From positions 42,346,001-42,410,000 of the forward strand of contig CM126230.1 in NCBI GenBank assembly GCA_052327205.1: a stretch of DNA of 64,000 nt, given 5' to 3'. Numbering within the stretch: position 1 is the stretch's first letter; each line of letters begins with the position of its first letter. Source of the stretch: Somniosus microcephalus (taxonomy: Eukaryota). Positions 37,243 to 49,061 of the stretch are shown here, one piece after another. The notes below the pieces were generated by a model, which was not told where the DNA came from, ran no database searches, and worked only from the letters and a program-made list of their open reading frames with translations. Made by a program: the position numbers and the translations under genes.

Positions 37243-38789
37243 GTAAGTGATTTATAAAATTGTGAGCATTTATTACAAAGTTAGTTATGCCATTGAAGCA
37301 AGAGTAAAACAGTCATTCATTTTGTTCGAATAACTTGCATGCATCCTGTTTCAATTCCAATTTGTACTTAATCTTTTAAAATCACTTCTCTTACTCTACC
37401 CTCCCAACTGCAACTGCTTTGTCCATGAGCTGGAGAATACTAACCTTGTTGCATTAGTACAGGTACAGGAAAATTGCTACTTGAATAGACTTAATACCAT
37501 TGAGGCTTGGAGTGGCTTCCTCCTTTCTACACCTTGATGCTACCTCCATAAAACCCTCAGAGTCTGTTATTTGGAGGAATTTCTCTTCTTTCTCCCCCAC
37601 CCCCTCCTCACCTCCCAATTTAGATTTCTTCATGCCTGACAAGTGTCAAACTGCTCCACAGCTGTCACTCATGAGCTGTGTGAATGTGGCCCATGTCATT
37701 CAGTTTTCCATCCCTCCTTTGTTTAATTGGGAACTTGCTGTGTGAGGAACTCTTAAATGTTTACTGCCAATATTTGAGTAAAATGCATCCAATAGGTATA
37801 AGTAACTGTTGTGTGACAAGACATGTATAAAGTATCTAATACCTGTTAAAATAAGTAACATAAAATGAAAGGGAGTTTCGAAAATTACTGAGTGATGTTA
37901 ATAATGATGCTATGAGGCAAAATCAAGAACCTCACCACTGAAAGATGTCGAAAAAGACTGGATGGAACAGAAAGATCTCAATTTCTCCATCCTCCTCTAT
38001 TCCCATCTCCCCCAAAATTGTGCACAAAACCATGTAGGGAAAAAGCTGGCAATGGTGGTTGTGAAAATAAGTATTAAATGAATAGACACAACATGATTAA
38101 ATACCTTTTCTGGTTTGTCCCTCCCTATCTCCGTATGCTCCTCTTCCCCACAAACTCTCCGTTCCTCTGACTCTGGCCTCTTGTGCAATCCCCCTGTTCA
38201 CCTACCATTGGCAGTCCTGCCTTAAGGCAGCTAAATCGCTCCACCTTCCCGCACCTTGTCTGTTATGACCCTCCTTAAAACTCTTCACTTCTCCTTCCTA
38301 TCTTGTCCAAACTTATGTGGTAGAGAATCCGTTGCAGATTGACACGGTTTTCAAGTTGCGCTGTTGTGCAATCTATCATATAAACAGCTTAATGCAACTG
38401 TTCTGAGCTCGAGGAGATGATCTCATGCCAAATGAGGTTTTGCCCCAGCTGTATTATTAAACAAAAAGTTTAGTAAGGTCCCTGTGGATTAGCTTTAAGT
38501 TTTTAATGTTAATAAAGTGTGGGCTCTTTACTGGCAACAACATTTCAGAAGCATTCGGATTCTGGTTGGCAGAGATATTTATCAAAATATGCATGGTCAG
38601 GGATTTCCCCTGACTAAAGAGCAGTACTTGTGAGGCAGTGTCCGTTCTGGCTGCTTGTGCAACTTTTAAAGCAGATGCTTGTGTCAAACCTGCATAATTG
38701 CATCAGTAGAAAGCACATTTTGAAAAAAAGTAGCACGTTTATGCACTTCAAAAATGTGATTTTTTTCTTTCTTGTTTTCCCTCGTTAAG

Positions 38790-38992
38790 TTGCTTATTAC
38801 AGGAACGGAACAGTTCAACCAGAAACCAAAAAAAGGCATTCAATTCCTTCAGGAGAAAGGCCTGCTCACTTCCCCTATGGACAACAGCGAAGTAGCTCAG
38901 TGGCTGAGGGAAAATCCACGACTGGACAAAAAAATGATCGGCGAGTTTATCAGTGATCGGAAGAGTATTGAGCTCCTGGACAGTTTTGTTGG
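38790..38992 (+). CDS. GBF1: GBF1 exon, Sec7 N-terminus (LLITGTEQFNQKPKKGIQFLQE...LDKKMIGEF)
   Basis: gttaag|TTG...GTTGG|gtattg; 203 nt, phase 0 to 2. Confidence 0.95.
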
Positions 38993-39369
38993 GTATTGAA
39001 ACTTTTTTGAAAACTTTATAAAAAAAAAAAAAAAAAAGTATATATATTTTCATATGAGTATCCTGTTTATGCAAATATTAACTGGACAGTAGGTCCATGG
39101 GGAACCCATTGGTTACACGGGAAAAGCCAAAGCAGTCTTTATTTTGGCCGTCGCCTATCGTAATGAGTGTACAGGTGGGCATGGCTACCTGCCCTCCCAC
39201 TTTGAGACGCCAAAAAGCTAAGCTTTCAGTGCTGGGACAGACCCCATTGATTCCACCAAGCACCGATGTCCCTACATGTGTAATTGATTGCTGTTAATTC
39301 TATAAACTGTTTTCAATTTATTATTGAGATACATGGAATACAGTTGTTCATGTCATACATGGGACAGAA

Positions 39370-41305
39370 TCATAGAAACATAGAAACCTAGAAGATAGGA
39401 GCAGGAATAGGCCATTCTGCCCCTCGAGCCTGCTCCGCCATTCAATGCGATCATGGCTGATCATCCAAACTCAGTACCCTGTCCCTGCCTTCTCCCAATA
39501 TCCCTTGATCCCTTTAGCCTTAAGAAATATATCTAACTCCTTCCTGAATATATTTAATGAATTGGACTCAACTGCCTTCTGTGGTAGAGAATTCCACAGG
39601 TTCACCACTCTCTGGGTGAAGAAATTCCTCCTCATCTCTGCCCTAAATGGCTTGCCCCTTATCTTTAGACTGTGACCCCTGGTTCTGGACTCCCCCGCCA
39701 TCGGGAACATCCTTCCTGCATCTAGTCTGTCTATTCCTGTTAGAATTTTATAAGTTTCAGTGAGATCCCCTCTCATTCTTCTAAACTCCAGCGAGTATAA
39801 GCCCAATCGACCCAATCTCTCCTCATACGTCATTCCTGCCATCCCAAGTATCAGTCTGGTGAATCTTCGCTGCACTCCCTCCATGGCAAGAACGTCCTTC
39901 CTCAGATAAGGTGACCAAAACTGCACACAATACTCAAGGTGTGGTCTCACCAAGGCCCTGTACAACTGCAGCAAGACATCCTTGTTTCTGTACTCGAATC
40001 CTCTCGCTGCGAAGGCCAATATACCATTTGCCTTCTTAACGGCCCGCTGCACCTGCATGCTTACCTTCAGCGACTGGTGCACAAGGACACCCAGGTCTCG
40101 TTGCACTTCCCCTTCTCCCAATCTATTGCCGTTCAGATAATAATCTGCTTTCCTGTTTTTGCAACCAAAGTGGATAACCTCACATTTATCCACATTATAC
40201 TGCATCTGCCCAATCACCCAACCTGTCCAAATCATACTGGAGTTTCTCAGCATCCTCCTCACAGCGCATACGCCCACCCAGCTTTGTGTCGTCTGCAAAC
40301 TTGGAGATATTACATCTAGTTCCCTCGTCTAGATCATTAATATATTGTGAATAGCTGGGGTCCGAGCACCGATCCCTGCGGTACCCCACTAGTCACTGCC
40401 TGCCACTCAGAAAAAGACCCGTTTATTCCAACTCTTTGCTTCCTGTCTGTCAACCAGTTCTCTATCCAAGTCAGTACCTTGACCCCAATCCCTTGTGCTT
40501 TAACTTTATACGCTAATCTCTTATGCGGGACCTTATCGAAAGCCTTCTGAAAGTCCAAATATACCACATCCACTGGTTCTCCCTTATCTATTAGAAACAT
40601 AGAAACATAGAAGATAGGAGCAGGAGTAGGCCATTCGGCCCTTCGAGCCTGCTCCGCCATTCAACGAGATCATGGCTGATCATCCAAACCCTAGCACCCG
40701 GTCCCTACACCGACAGCCATCCCACCCAAGCCCTATCCCCGTAACCCCACGTATTTAATCCCCCCTAACACTAAGGGCCAATTTTTTTATCATGGCCAAT
40801 CAACCTAACCCGCACATCTTTGGACTGTGGGAGGAAACCGGAGCACCCGGAGGAAACCCACGCAAACACGGGGAGAATGTGCAAACTCCACACAGACAGT
40901 CACCCGAGGCCGGATTTGAACCCGGGTCCCTGGCGCTGTGAGGCAACAGTGCTAACCACTATGCCACCGTGCTGCCACGGTTCTACCAGTTACATCCTCA
41001 AAAAATTCCAGTAGATTAGTCAAGCACGATTTACCTTTTGTAAATCCATGTTGACTTTGTCTGATCCTGTCACTGTTTTCCAAGTGCTCTGCTATTACAT
41101 CTTTTATAATGGACTCTAGCATTTTCCCCACTACCGATGTCAGGCTTACCGGTCTGTAATTCCCCGTTGTCTCTCTACCACCTTTTTTGAATAGTGGGGT
41201 AACATTAGCTACCCTCCAATCCATGGGAACTGTTCGAGTCTATAGAATTTTGGAAGATGACCAGCAATGCATCTACTATTTCTAGGGCCACTTCCTTAAG
41301 TACCC
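39370..41305 (-). mobile_element. CR1 LINE, frameshifted RT, interrupted by a SINE chimera at 40592-40978
   Basis: ORF pieces 40952-41224, 40337-40660 and 39471-40298 carry NYRPVSL, DFQKAFD, FADD and PHLEYC; sister of 18740-19990. Confidence 0.93.
40690..40978 (-). mobile_element. HE1-like (V-SINE) tRNA-derived SINE
   Basis: The minus strand begins ggcagcacggtggcatagtggttagcactgttgcctcacagcgccagggacccgggttcaaatcc; V-domain gtgtggagtttgcacattctccccgtgtttgcgtgggtttcctccgggtgctccggtttcctccca. Confidence 0.88.
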
Positions 41306-41571
41306 GAATCATGTTTCACCAATCCTGCTGATTAATGCGAATGTTTCACGTGGGTTTTAAGTCCTTGGATGCAGCTGGTTGCCTGGTTGTTCATTTTTTT
41401 CTGTTCCTACACTGGTACAGACACGTACCAAAGAGCTGTGCCTGATCCAAGAGTTCACATGGTAAAGGTGTTTTGAGAAATTGACTTCGAGTCTTTTGTG
41501 CACTTTCTTCGAATTATGACCACAGTTTACGTTTTACACTGGCCTCATGTAGTTGCCAGGGGAGCACGCCT

Positions 41572-41826
41572 AAGAAAGAAGGACAGACTTGCATTTCTGT
41601 ACCGCCTTTCATGACCACCGGACGTCCCAAAGCGCTTTACAACCAATGAAGTACTTTTTGAAGTGTTGTCACTGTTGTCATGTAGGAAACGCGGCAGCCA
41701 ATTTGCGCACAACAAGCTTCCACAAACAGCAATGTGATAATGACCAGATAATCTGTTTTTGGTGATGTTGGTTGAGGGATAAATATTGGTCCCAGGACAC
41801 GGGGGAGAACTCCCTGGCTCTTCGAA
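41572..41826 (-). mobile_element. DeuSINE-like SINE, 3' half
   Basis: Reverse complement of about 8965-9202. Confidence 0.8.
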
Positions 41827-42194
41827 ACTGCACACAGTACAGTTGTGTACTAATGTCAAAAGATTTGTTAAATACTGAGCTTCTTACACATGGCTGCCTG
41901 CTGTTACAGACAGAGGGGTCACATATTGTTTTGTATAAAAAGGTTTAAAAAAAACTTCATTTGGCAACTCGTGGTTCCCGTACGGCATTAACTTGATTAC
42001 CTTCTGATCAGAAACCAGCCAGTTCCACATAGCGCTACTTTCTGATATCAGCACAGGAATATCACTTTTAAAAGAGAGGCAACTTTAAATGGTGGGTCTC
42101 CGTGGGGCTAAAATACAAGAGTGAAATTAAGAATACCTCGTATGAGGAGATTTTGACATTTTTTGCATTGCAGATTCAGTTGTGTTTTGCATTA

Positions 42195-42556
42195 AAAACA
42201 TCCTCATTTTCAAATCTCTCCATGGCCTCGCCCCTCCCTATCTCTGTAATCTCCCCCAGCCCCACAACCCCATCTCTAATTCTGGCCTCTTGCGCATCCC
42301 CGATTTTAATCGCTCCACCACTGGCGGCCGTGCCTTCAGCTGCCTGGGCCCTAAGCTCTGGAATTCCCTCCCTAAACCTCTCCGCCTCTCTCTCCTTTAA
42401 GACGCTCCTTAAAACCTACCTCTTTGACCAAGCTTTTGGTCATCTGCCCTAATATCTTATGTGGCTCGGTATCAAATGTTGTTTTATAATGTTCATGTGA
42501 AGGCCTTGGGACATTTTACTACGTTAAAGGCGGTGTATAAATACAAGTTGTTGTTG
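42195..42556 (+). mobile_element. L2-like LINE 3' end
   Basis: ILIFKSLHGLAPPYLCNL...GGRAFSCLGPKLWNSLP; tataaatacaagttgttgttg tail. Confidence 0.82.
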
Positions 42557-43129
42557 ACAAAATTGAATTGTCTAATACTTTGAACTAAGCAATCGAAGAA
42601 CAGCAAAATGGGAATTTAGTGCTAAAAATTTGAATTGTCAAATAATTTGAACTCATTGACTGTTGAATTAAGAGGAGTTGACTGTATGATGGAAGTGCTT
42701 TTTATTGTAAGTTGCTTTACATTTTATCTTTTTAATTTTCGCGAGTTTTATTTCTGACATAGTGAAGATGATGCAGCTGCTCCTTCTGCTATTTCTATTC
42801 TATGTGAAGTAAAACTACCACACAGCAAACCCCGTGCTGATCAGGCATTCATTGGCTCATCCTTACCAAAAATATGCGTTTACAATGAAATAAAGAAAAT
42901 GGTATTTTTCTGCAATCTCATAGAAGTGTGGTTTGTTTGAGCCAGATGGGTTTTGAATTTTCATATTTTGTTTGTACGAAAGAAGTGCGGATTTGTACAT
43001 TGGTCCAAAATTGCTACCGTTCGGATTACATTGTGTGCTACAGTAAAGATTAACATAGACTAAAGAACTTTCTAACGTTATTCTAAAGAAGCTAACAGTT
43101 ATTGACTGGTGCTTTTGTTTAAATACTAG

Positions 43130-43253
43130 GACGTTTACTTTCCAAGGATTGAGAGTTGATGAAGCATTGCGCTCATATCTAGAAGCCTTCCGACTCCCTG
43201 GTGAAGCTCCTGTCATTCACCGATTACTAGAAGTCTTCACAGATCACTGGCAC
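43130..43253 (+). CDS. GBF1: GBF1 exon, Sec7 catalytic motif (TFTFQGLRVDEALRSYLEAFRLPGEAPVIHRLLEVFTDHWH)
   Basis: tactag|G...TGGCAC|gtatgt; 124 nt, phase 2 to 0; glutamic-finger codon GAA at 43203-43205. Confidence 0.97.
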
Positions 43254-44218
43254 GTATGTACTCTGCAAACTAACAAATAACAAGTTGTGAATAGTTAGAG
43301 GCTTGTATGATGAAGGTAATCCTGAAGAATAGTGAAATTGTGCAGGTACTTGCTGGCAGCTATTACCAGCATGTCAGACGATTTCTTTACCATCTCTTTA
43401 TGCTGTTGGTGTACCTTCCAGAATGACGGCTGGCAGATTCCTGTTAAATAAACTGTTCGACTTATCTATTAGTACTAGCTTTTAGGGATCTATGTTTGTA
43501 CTTAACACTGTAACAGAGTGGTAACGTTTCCTAATGTGGCATGTTCCAGTCTCGGTGCTATCCAGGGAGATGCTAAGTGGGAGGCACACTGCTTTACCAC
43601 AGGCGGGAGGGAAAAGTGGGATGGATGGTGGGAGTCTCTGAGTGCACCTCCTGGGGTTGGATGAATAGCAGCTTTGGTGGAGGCTGGGAACATTTTATTT
43701 ATATTCTTGGCTGGAAGTAATTTGTGATGCAAGAGGCAAGATTTTGATGCAGTCTATTCTTAATTCAAAGTTACTAAATTCAAATTAATTTTAATTCTAA
43801 TTGAAATCATGTGCAAAAGGACACTTGCACTGTTTCACAAAAATATTTAATTGGAACTATTGGATAATTGTTTTTTGAGTAAAAGTGACTGATTTAATGG
43901 GAGTAATTGACTGCTGTTTTGTTTTCTCGCTGTAAGATGAACAGCAAATTTGTTCACAATGTTTTTAACCTGTTGCTGCATTGGATTGCAATCAAAATGC
44001 CATCACACAAATATCTTCAGTCATTGGCTGCGTGTTTGCAGTGGCTGGTGATAGAGGGAAAAGAGAAAGATACGTGGCCGCATAACTTGAAACGAGCCAT
44101 GACTTTGTTTATTGAAATTATTAACCTGTGTGTTGATTCTGGTTGCAAAGTATCCTTTTGAACCAGTTGTTGCATTTTTGAGTGGGAAATTTCTGCATTT
44201 GCCTCTTCCTCTTTACAG

Positions 44219-44344
44219 AAAATTAACGGCTCACCATTTTCCAACAATGATGCCTGCTTTGCACTTGCCTACGCCGTAATAATGCTCAATACGGACCAGC
44301 ACAATCACAACGTTCGTAAGCAAAATGTGCCAATGACACTGGAG
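44219..44344 (+). CDS. GBF1: GBF1 exon, Sec7 motif 2 ([42 protein letters not shown])
   Basis: ttacag|AAA...CTGGAG|gtgagt; 126 nt, phase 0 to 0. Confidence 0.97.
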
Positions 44345-45245
44345 GTGAGTGGATCAGGGGCTTTGTTGGTAAATGAATTTTTGCAAATATTGATTTACTT
44401 CTCCTCACACCGGTTATGTGGTATTATTGTTAAAAAGATAATAGAACCTGAGAGAGCATGGAAACCAGGAAAGGCTTTCCAGCTCAACCTCCCCAAATAA
44501 ATGTGCAACCTGTCAATTTAACAAGTACAAAAACCACTGAATGCTGTCCTCGTAAGCGTTTGTATTACAGGAGCCATAATAGTTATATGGTCTTCCTACA
44601 GCCCTGCTACATGTAGTGCTTCATTGTGAAATCGTTCCTCTCGCCACCCTCCCATTATTAGCAGCAGTTTATATTCTGGGAAAAGGTTAATTGTTAATGT
44701 GTTTTCTGGATCTTTTGTGCCATGGGAATCAATAATAGCACAGGATTGTCTTGTGTAGATCCAGAACCCGCCGTAACATGTGAGAATTACTGAGCTTTTT
44801 TGTATGGGATGTTTGTTGTTCTGTTGCAGTCCATTATCCTAGGTTAAACAGGTAAATAAATTGGATTTGATGTTAACAAAGGGTTGTCTGATGATGACTG
44901 AAAATAGAATTTAACCACCATACAAGATATGATGGCAGAAAAGTTGTCTGTGGTTTTTAAGTTATTTTTGAGCATTGTGTCCTGACCTAATTTGTTTTGT
45001 AATTTAATGTGTGTATTTAATATTTGAGGCATTCACTTTAAAATCCACTTGTAGAGGACAATAAGGCTAGTGCCACACCCTGTCAGATTAAGGCTGCAGA
45101 TGGACACAGACCACCAACTTCTGTCAGTTTTAAACTGCTACTCCCTGCAGGCCTGATGTTTAATTAAAATTTTAAAGGCCACTTAACCCTCTTTGCCACC
45201 TTGCTGATGATTGCACATGAGAGAAAATTCTAATAGAGTTACTTT

Positions 45246-46074
45246 GGTGGTACCTCTCCAGTGCTTTGAGGTGCCTGCTGTACATGGTCCATGTCTCTGA
45301 GGCATACAGCAGGGCGGGTATCACTGCTGCTCTGTAGACCACGAGCTTGGTGCCGGGTTTGAGGTCCTGGTCTTCAAACACTCTCTTCCTCAGGCAACCG
45401 AAGGCTGCACTTGCACACTGAAGGCGGTGTTGGACTTCGTCGCCGACGTCTGCCCTTGTTGACAGTAGGCTCCCGAAGTATGGAAAGTGGTCCACGTTGT
45501 CCAAGGCCTTGTCGTGGATTTTGACTCCAAGGTCCTGCAAATCCATTGGCAGGATAGGTGCACCAACGTCCATGTTCTTGCTCAGGCCAACATCCCCAGC
45601 ATCGAAGCTCTGACCACGCTCAATCAGCTCCGATGGATGGGTCACATTGTCCGCATGCCCGATATGAGACTCACAAAACAAGCGCTCTACTCGGAGCTCC
45701 GGCATGGCAAGAGAGCCCCAGGTGGGCAGAGGAAACGCTTCAAGGACACCCTCAAAAAAAAAAAAAAAAAAAAAAAAGTGTAACATCCCCACCGACACCT
45801 GGGAATCGCTGGCCCAAGACCGCACAAAGTGGAGGAGAAGCATCCGGGAAGGCGCTGAACACTTCGAGACTCTTCGCCGGGAGCAAGCGGAAGCCAAGCG
45901 CAGGCAGCGCAAGTCAACCCAAGCACCCCACCCACCCGCCCCTTCAACCACCGTCTGCCCCACCTGTGACAGAGACTGTAGGTCCCGCATTGGACTCATC
46001 AGTCACCTGAGAACTCATTTTTAATGTGGAAGCAAGTCATCCTCGGTTCCGAGGGACTGCCTAAGAAGAAGAAG
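45246..46074 (+). mobile_element. RTE-clade LINE fragment with an inverted 5' segment and an 11-bp TSD
   Basis: Plus part: QLRWMGHIVRMPD...LYSELRHGKRAPGGQRKRFKDTLK, a C2H2 motif and a (aag)n tail. Minus part: VDHFPYFGS...PALLYASETW. TSD agagttacttt at 45235-45245 and 46075-46085. Confidence 0.9.
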
Positions 46075-46389
46075 AGAGTTACTTTATCAGTGACTGCGTT
46101 TTAGAGCAGTCAGGGTTGCAGTGCTCCTCGGAACATTCCTGATGAGTTGAGAGCTGTTTATGCCAGTGTCATTTGAAAGGGGCGTCGTCATCTCTTGGGA
46201 AGATTTAATCCAGTAACGCCATCATGTGGCTGTCAAGAAAAGTTTGTTTTAATTTAAAGATGACGACATTTTGCAGTGTGGTTCTTGCATTTGTTGGTTT
46301 CCGGGATTCATTGCTGTAAGTTCGTATCTCTCATTTAACAGTTGGATACATTTTGTTAACGGAATTTGGATGATGGTTCCTTTGAGAAG

Positions 46390-46802
46390 AAAAAAATTAC
46401 ATTTATATAACACATTTCACATGCTCAGGATGTGCCAACGTGCTTCACAGCCAATGAATTACTTCTGTAGTCATTGTTTTGTAGGCATGTATGGCAGTCA
46501 ATTTGCGTGGATCAAGGTCCCACAAACAGCAAATGAATGAATGATCAGATAATCTGGTGTTGGTTGAGGGAGGGATGTTGGCTGGAACACTGGACCAAGC
46601 CCCTGTTCTTTGAATAGTGCCCTGGGATCTGATCATGCAGCTGGGGCCTTGGCTTAACATCTCATCTGAAAGATGACCATTGATCAACAGTGCAGTACTG
46701 TGCTGAAGTGTCATCCTAGATCTTCTGCTCTAATCCATTGTGGAGCTTGACCCCACGACCTTCTGACTTGGAGGCAGTACTGCTGACAACTGAGCCAAGC
46801 GG
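46390..46802 (-). mobile_element. DeuSINE-like SINE, old copy
   Basis: Reverse-complement similarity to 35013-35467 along most of its length. Confidence 0.7.
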
Positions 46803-47607
46803 ACAGCGTGCGAGTTGGGGTCCTGTCAGGTGCTGCTGTGGCAACATCATTTGCACCTTTGAAATTGGTTGCCGCACATTCTAGCCCAGAATAAATTCAG
46901 GCAGCCATTTACTGTCCCATCTCTGGAATCATACAACCTAAAACACAGGAAAGTCCATTCCATTTTTGGACTATAATACCTGTGGAACATATCCTTTTTT
47001 CAGGTGTAAGTAGTTAACTATCTAATGGAGTAGACTTTTGAAGAAATATGTCTTTTGATGCCCTTTCTAAGCTCCATACTGACTCAAATTATTTGTGGTA
47101 ATTCTGTAAGATCATTGCTTCATTTTAAATAATAAAATGACTATTCCATCCTAATGGAAAGATGAAGAAGGTTTCAATTTTACTAACATTGTCAAGATCA
47201 ACATTGAAGTCTACCGTTTAAAACTCCAAGTGAAAGATACATTTTCTTTGACAGACAAAGTCAACAGTAATTACACTTGTTCACTGTAAAATAAGCTTTT
47301 AAATCCCTATACATACCTAAAGTGGTGCTGCGTTTCATCAGATAGCCTGCTTGACCTATTCCCTGAAATCAGTTTAATAAACTGAAAGCTAAAATATGTA
47401 CCAGGACTGCACCTGTCCTTCATGTTGTTTATAGTAAGGAAAGTGAGTGATAGATTTTTAATGTTAATACATTAAGGTGACTTTCATAGTGTGTCTTATC
47501 CACCCCTTTTTTAATGTTGATTTGGGTAGGTGGGAGCAATATCAACTACCTGGCGATTATACCAAGAATTTTTGGTCTTAGTTTTGTTACCTTTTTTCCT
47601 GCTGCAG

Positions 47608-47690
47608 CAATTCAAAAAGAACTTGAAAGGAGTCAATGGTTCTAAAGATTTTGACCAAGATATGTTAGAGGACATCTATAACGCAATCAA
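47608..47690 (+). CDS. GBF1: GBF1 exon (QFKKNLKGVNGSKDFDQDMLEDIYNAIK)
   Basis: ctgcag|CAA...ATCAA|gtaagt; 83 nt, phase 0 to 2. Confidence 0.95.
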
Positions 47691-47889
47691 GTAAGTAGGT
47701 TTCACTTAAAACTTTCACTTCCAGTCAGCTTTTAATTGCCTCACCACGTCAGCTTTTAATTGCCTCACCACCTTCATAGTTTTAACAGCAATCTACAGAG
47801 TGAGCTGCAGATATGGGTAAATTCTTCTGTTTATTTTGATAAAGGATATTTCTAAACCATGTTTTAGAAGTAAACTTTATACGATGGAA

Positions 47890-48255
47890 AGGAAAAGAAA
47901 GACTTGCATTTCTATAGCCCCTTTCACGTCCTCAGGATGTCCCAAAGCGTTTTACAGCCAATGAAGTACATTTTTGAAGTGTAGTCACTGATGTCAAGTA
48001 GGAAACGCGGCAGCCAGTTGCGCACAGCAAGCTCCCACAAACAGCAATGTGATAATGGCCAATTAATCTGCTTTTTTGATATGTTGATTGAGGGATAAAT
48101 ATTGGTCAGGACACTCTGGGTAACTCCCCTGCTCCTCTTTGAAATAGTGCCGTGGGATCATTTGCATCCACCTGAGAGTGCAGATGGGGCCTCGGTTTAA
48201 CGTCTCATCTGAAAGACAGTATCTCCAACAGTGCAGCACTCCCTCAGCACTGCAC
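47890..48255 (-). mobile_element. DeuSINE-like SINE lacking its tRNA head
   Basis: aaagaaagacttgcattt...cctcggtttaacgtctcatc...cagcactccctcagcactgcac. Confidence 0.82.
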
Positions 48256-48395
48256 GGGACAATCCGCGGGTAGCGCGGTTTATGCACGGCCGCTGACGCT
48301 CCCCCACCCGCTCTGTGTCTCGGGCCGAGCGGTTGTGAGTCCCGGCCCGAGTGACCCCAACTCACCTCCCACTCCCGGAGCCGCAATGTCGCAAA

Positions 48396-49061
48396 GGGAG
48401 GGGGGGGGTGGTTAGGAGGGGAGGAAGAAATAGAAAGAACGTCCTGTACTTTTGTAAGAGGCAGGAAAGATAAAATGTTGCAAATGGGAATGGCAAAAAT
48501 CATACTGCATGAAAAATGGGGGCAGGGATAATTATCTGAAATTGTTGAACTCAATGTTGAGTCCGGCAGGCTGTAAAGTGCCCAATCGAAAGATGAGGTG
48601 CTGTTCCTCGAGCTTACGTTGAGCTTCATTGGAACAATGTAATAGCCCGAGGACAGAGAGATCAGAGTGGGAGTGGAGCGGTGAATTAAAGTGACAGGCG
48701 ACCGGAAGCACAGGGTCACCCGTACGGACTGAACGGAGGTGTTCCGCAAAGCGGTCGCCCAATCTGCGTTTGGTCTCCCCAATGTAGAGGAGACCGCATC
48801 GTGAGCAGCGAATACAGTATATTAAATTACAAGAAGTACAAGTAAAGTACAGGATGTTCTTTCTATTTCTTCCTCCCCTCCTAACCACCCCCCCCCCCCC
48901 CCCCCTGTCTCTGCACCTGCTTAATATCTGTTGCATCTCCAGCTTTTTCCAGTTCTGATGAAGGGTCCCAGACCTGAAACGTTAACTCTGTTTCTCTCTC
49001 CACGGATGCTGCCTGGCCTGCTGAGTATTTCCAGCATTTTCTGCTGTTGTTTCAGATTTCC
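48396..49061 (-). mobile_element. Penelope-like retroelement fragment: GIY-YIG endonuclease C-terminus (-) with an inverted pLTR (+)
   Basis: TCTSCNLIYCIRCSRCGLLYIGETKRRLGDRFAEH...EQHLIFRLGTLQPAGLN (48532-48845); 48399-48455 is inverted relative to 48845-48900. Confidence 0.9.
48951..48987 (+). ncRNA. Putative minimal type I hammerhead ribozyme motif
   Basis: AGTT-CTGATGA-AGGGTCCCAGACCT-GAA-ACGT-T-AACT: intact core, stem I AGTT/AACT, stem II AGG(G)TC/GACCT. Confidence 0.65.

Noticed and set aside
45172-45999. 275-aa minus-strand ORF as a gene
   Set aside because: It is a chimera of the antisense of the RTE 3' part and the inverted RTE 5' part.
47724-47772. Short ~24-bp tandem duplication after the exon donor (similar case at about 13059-13120)
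   Set aside because: Two-copy slippage duplications with no sign of function.
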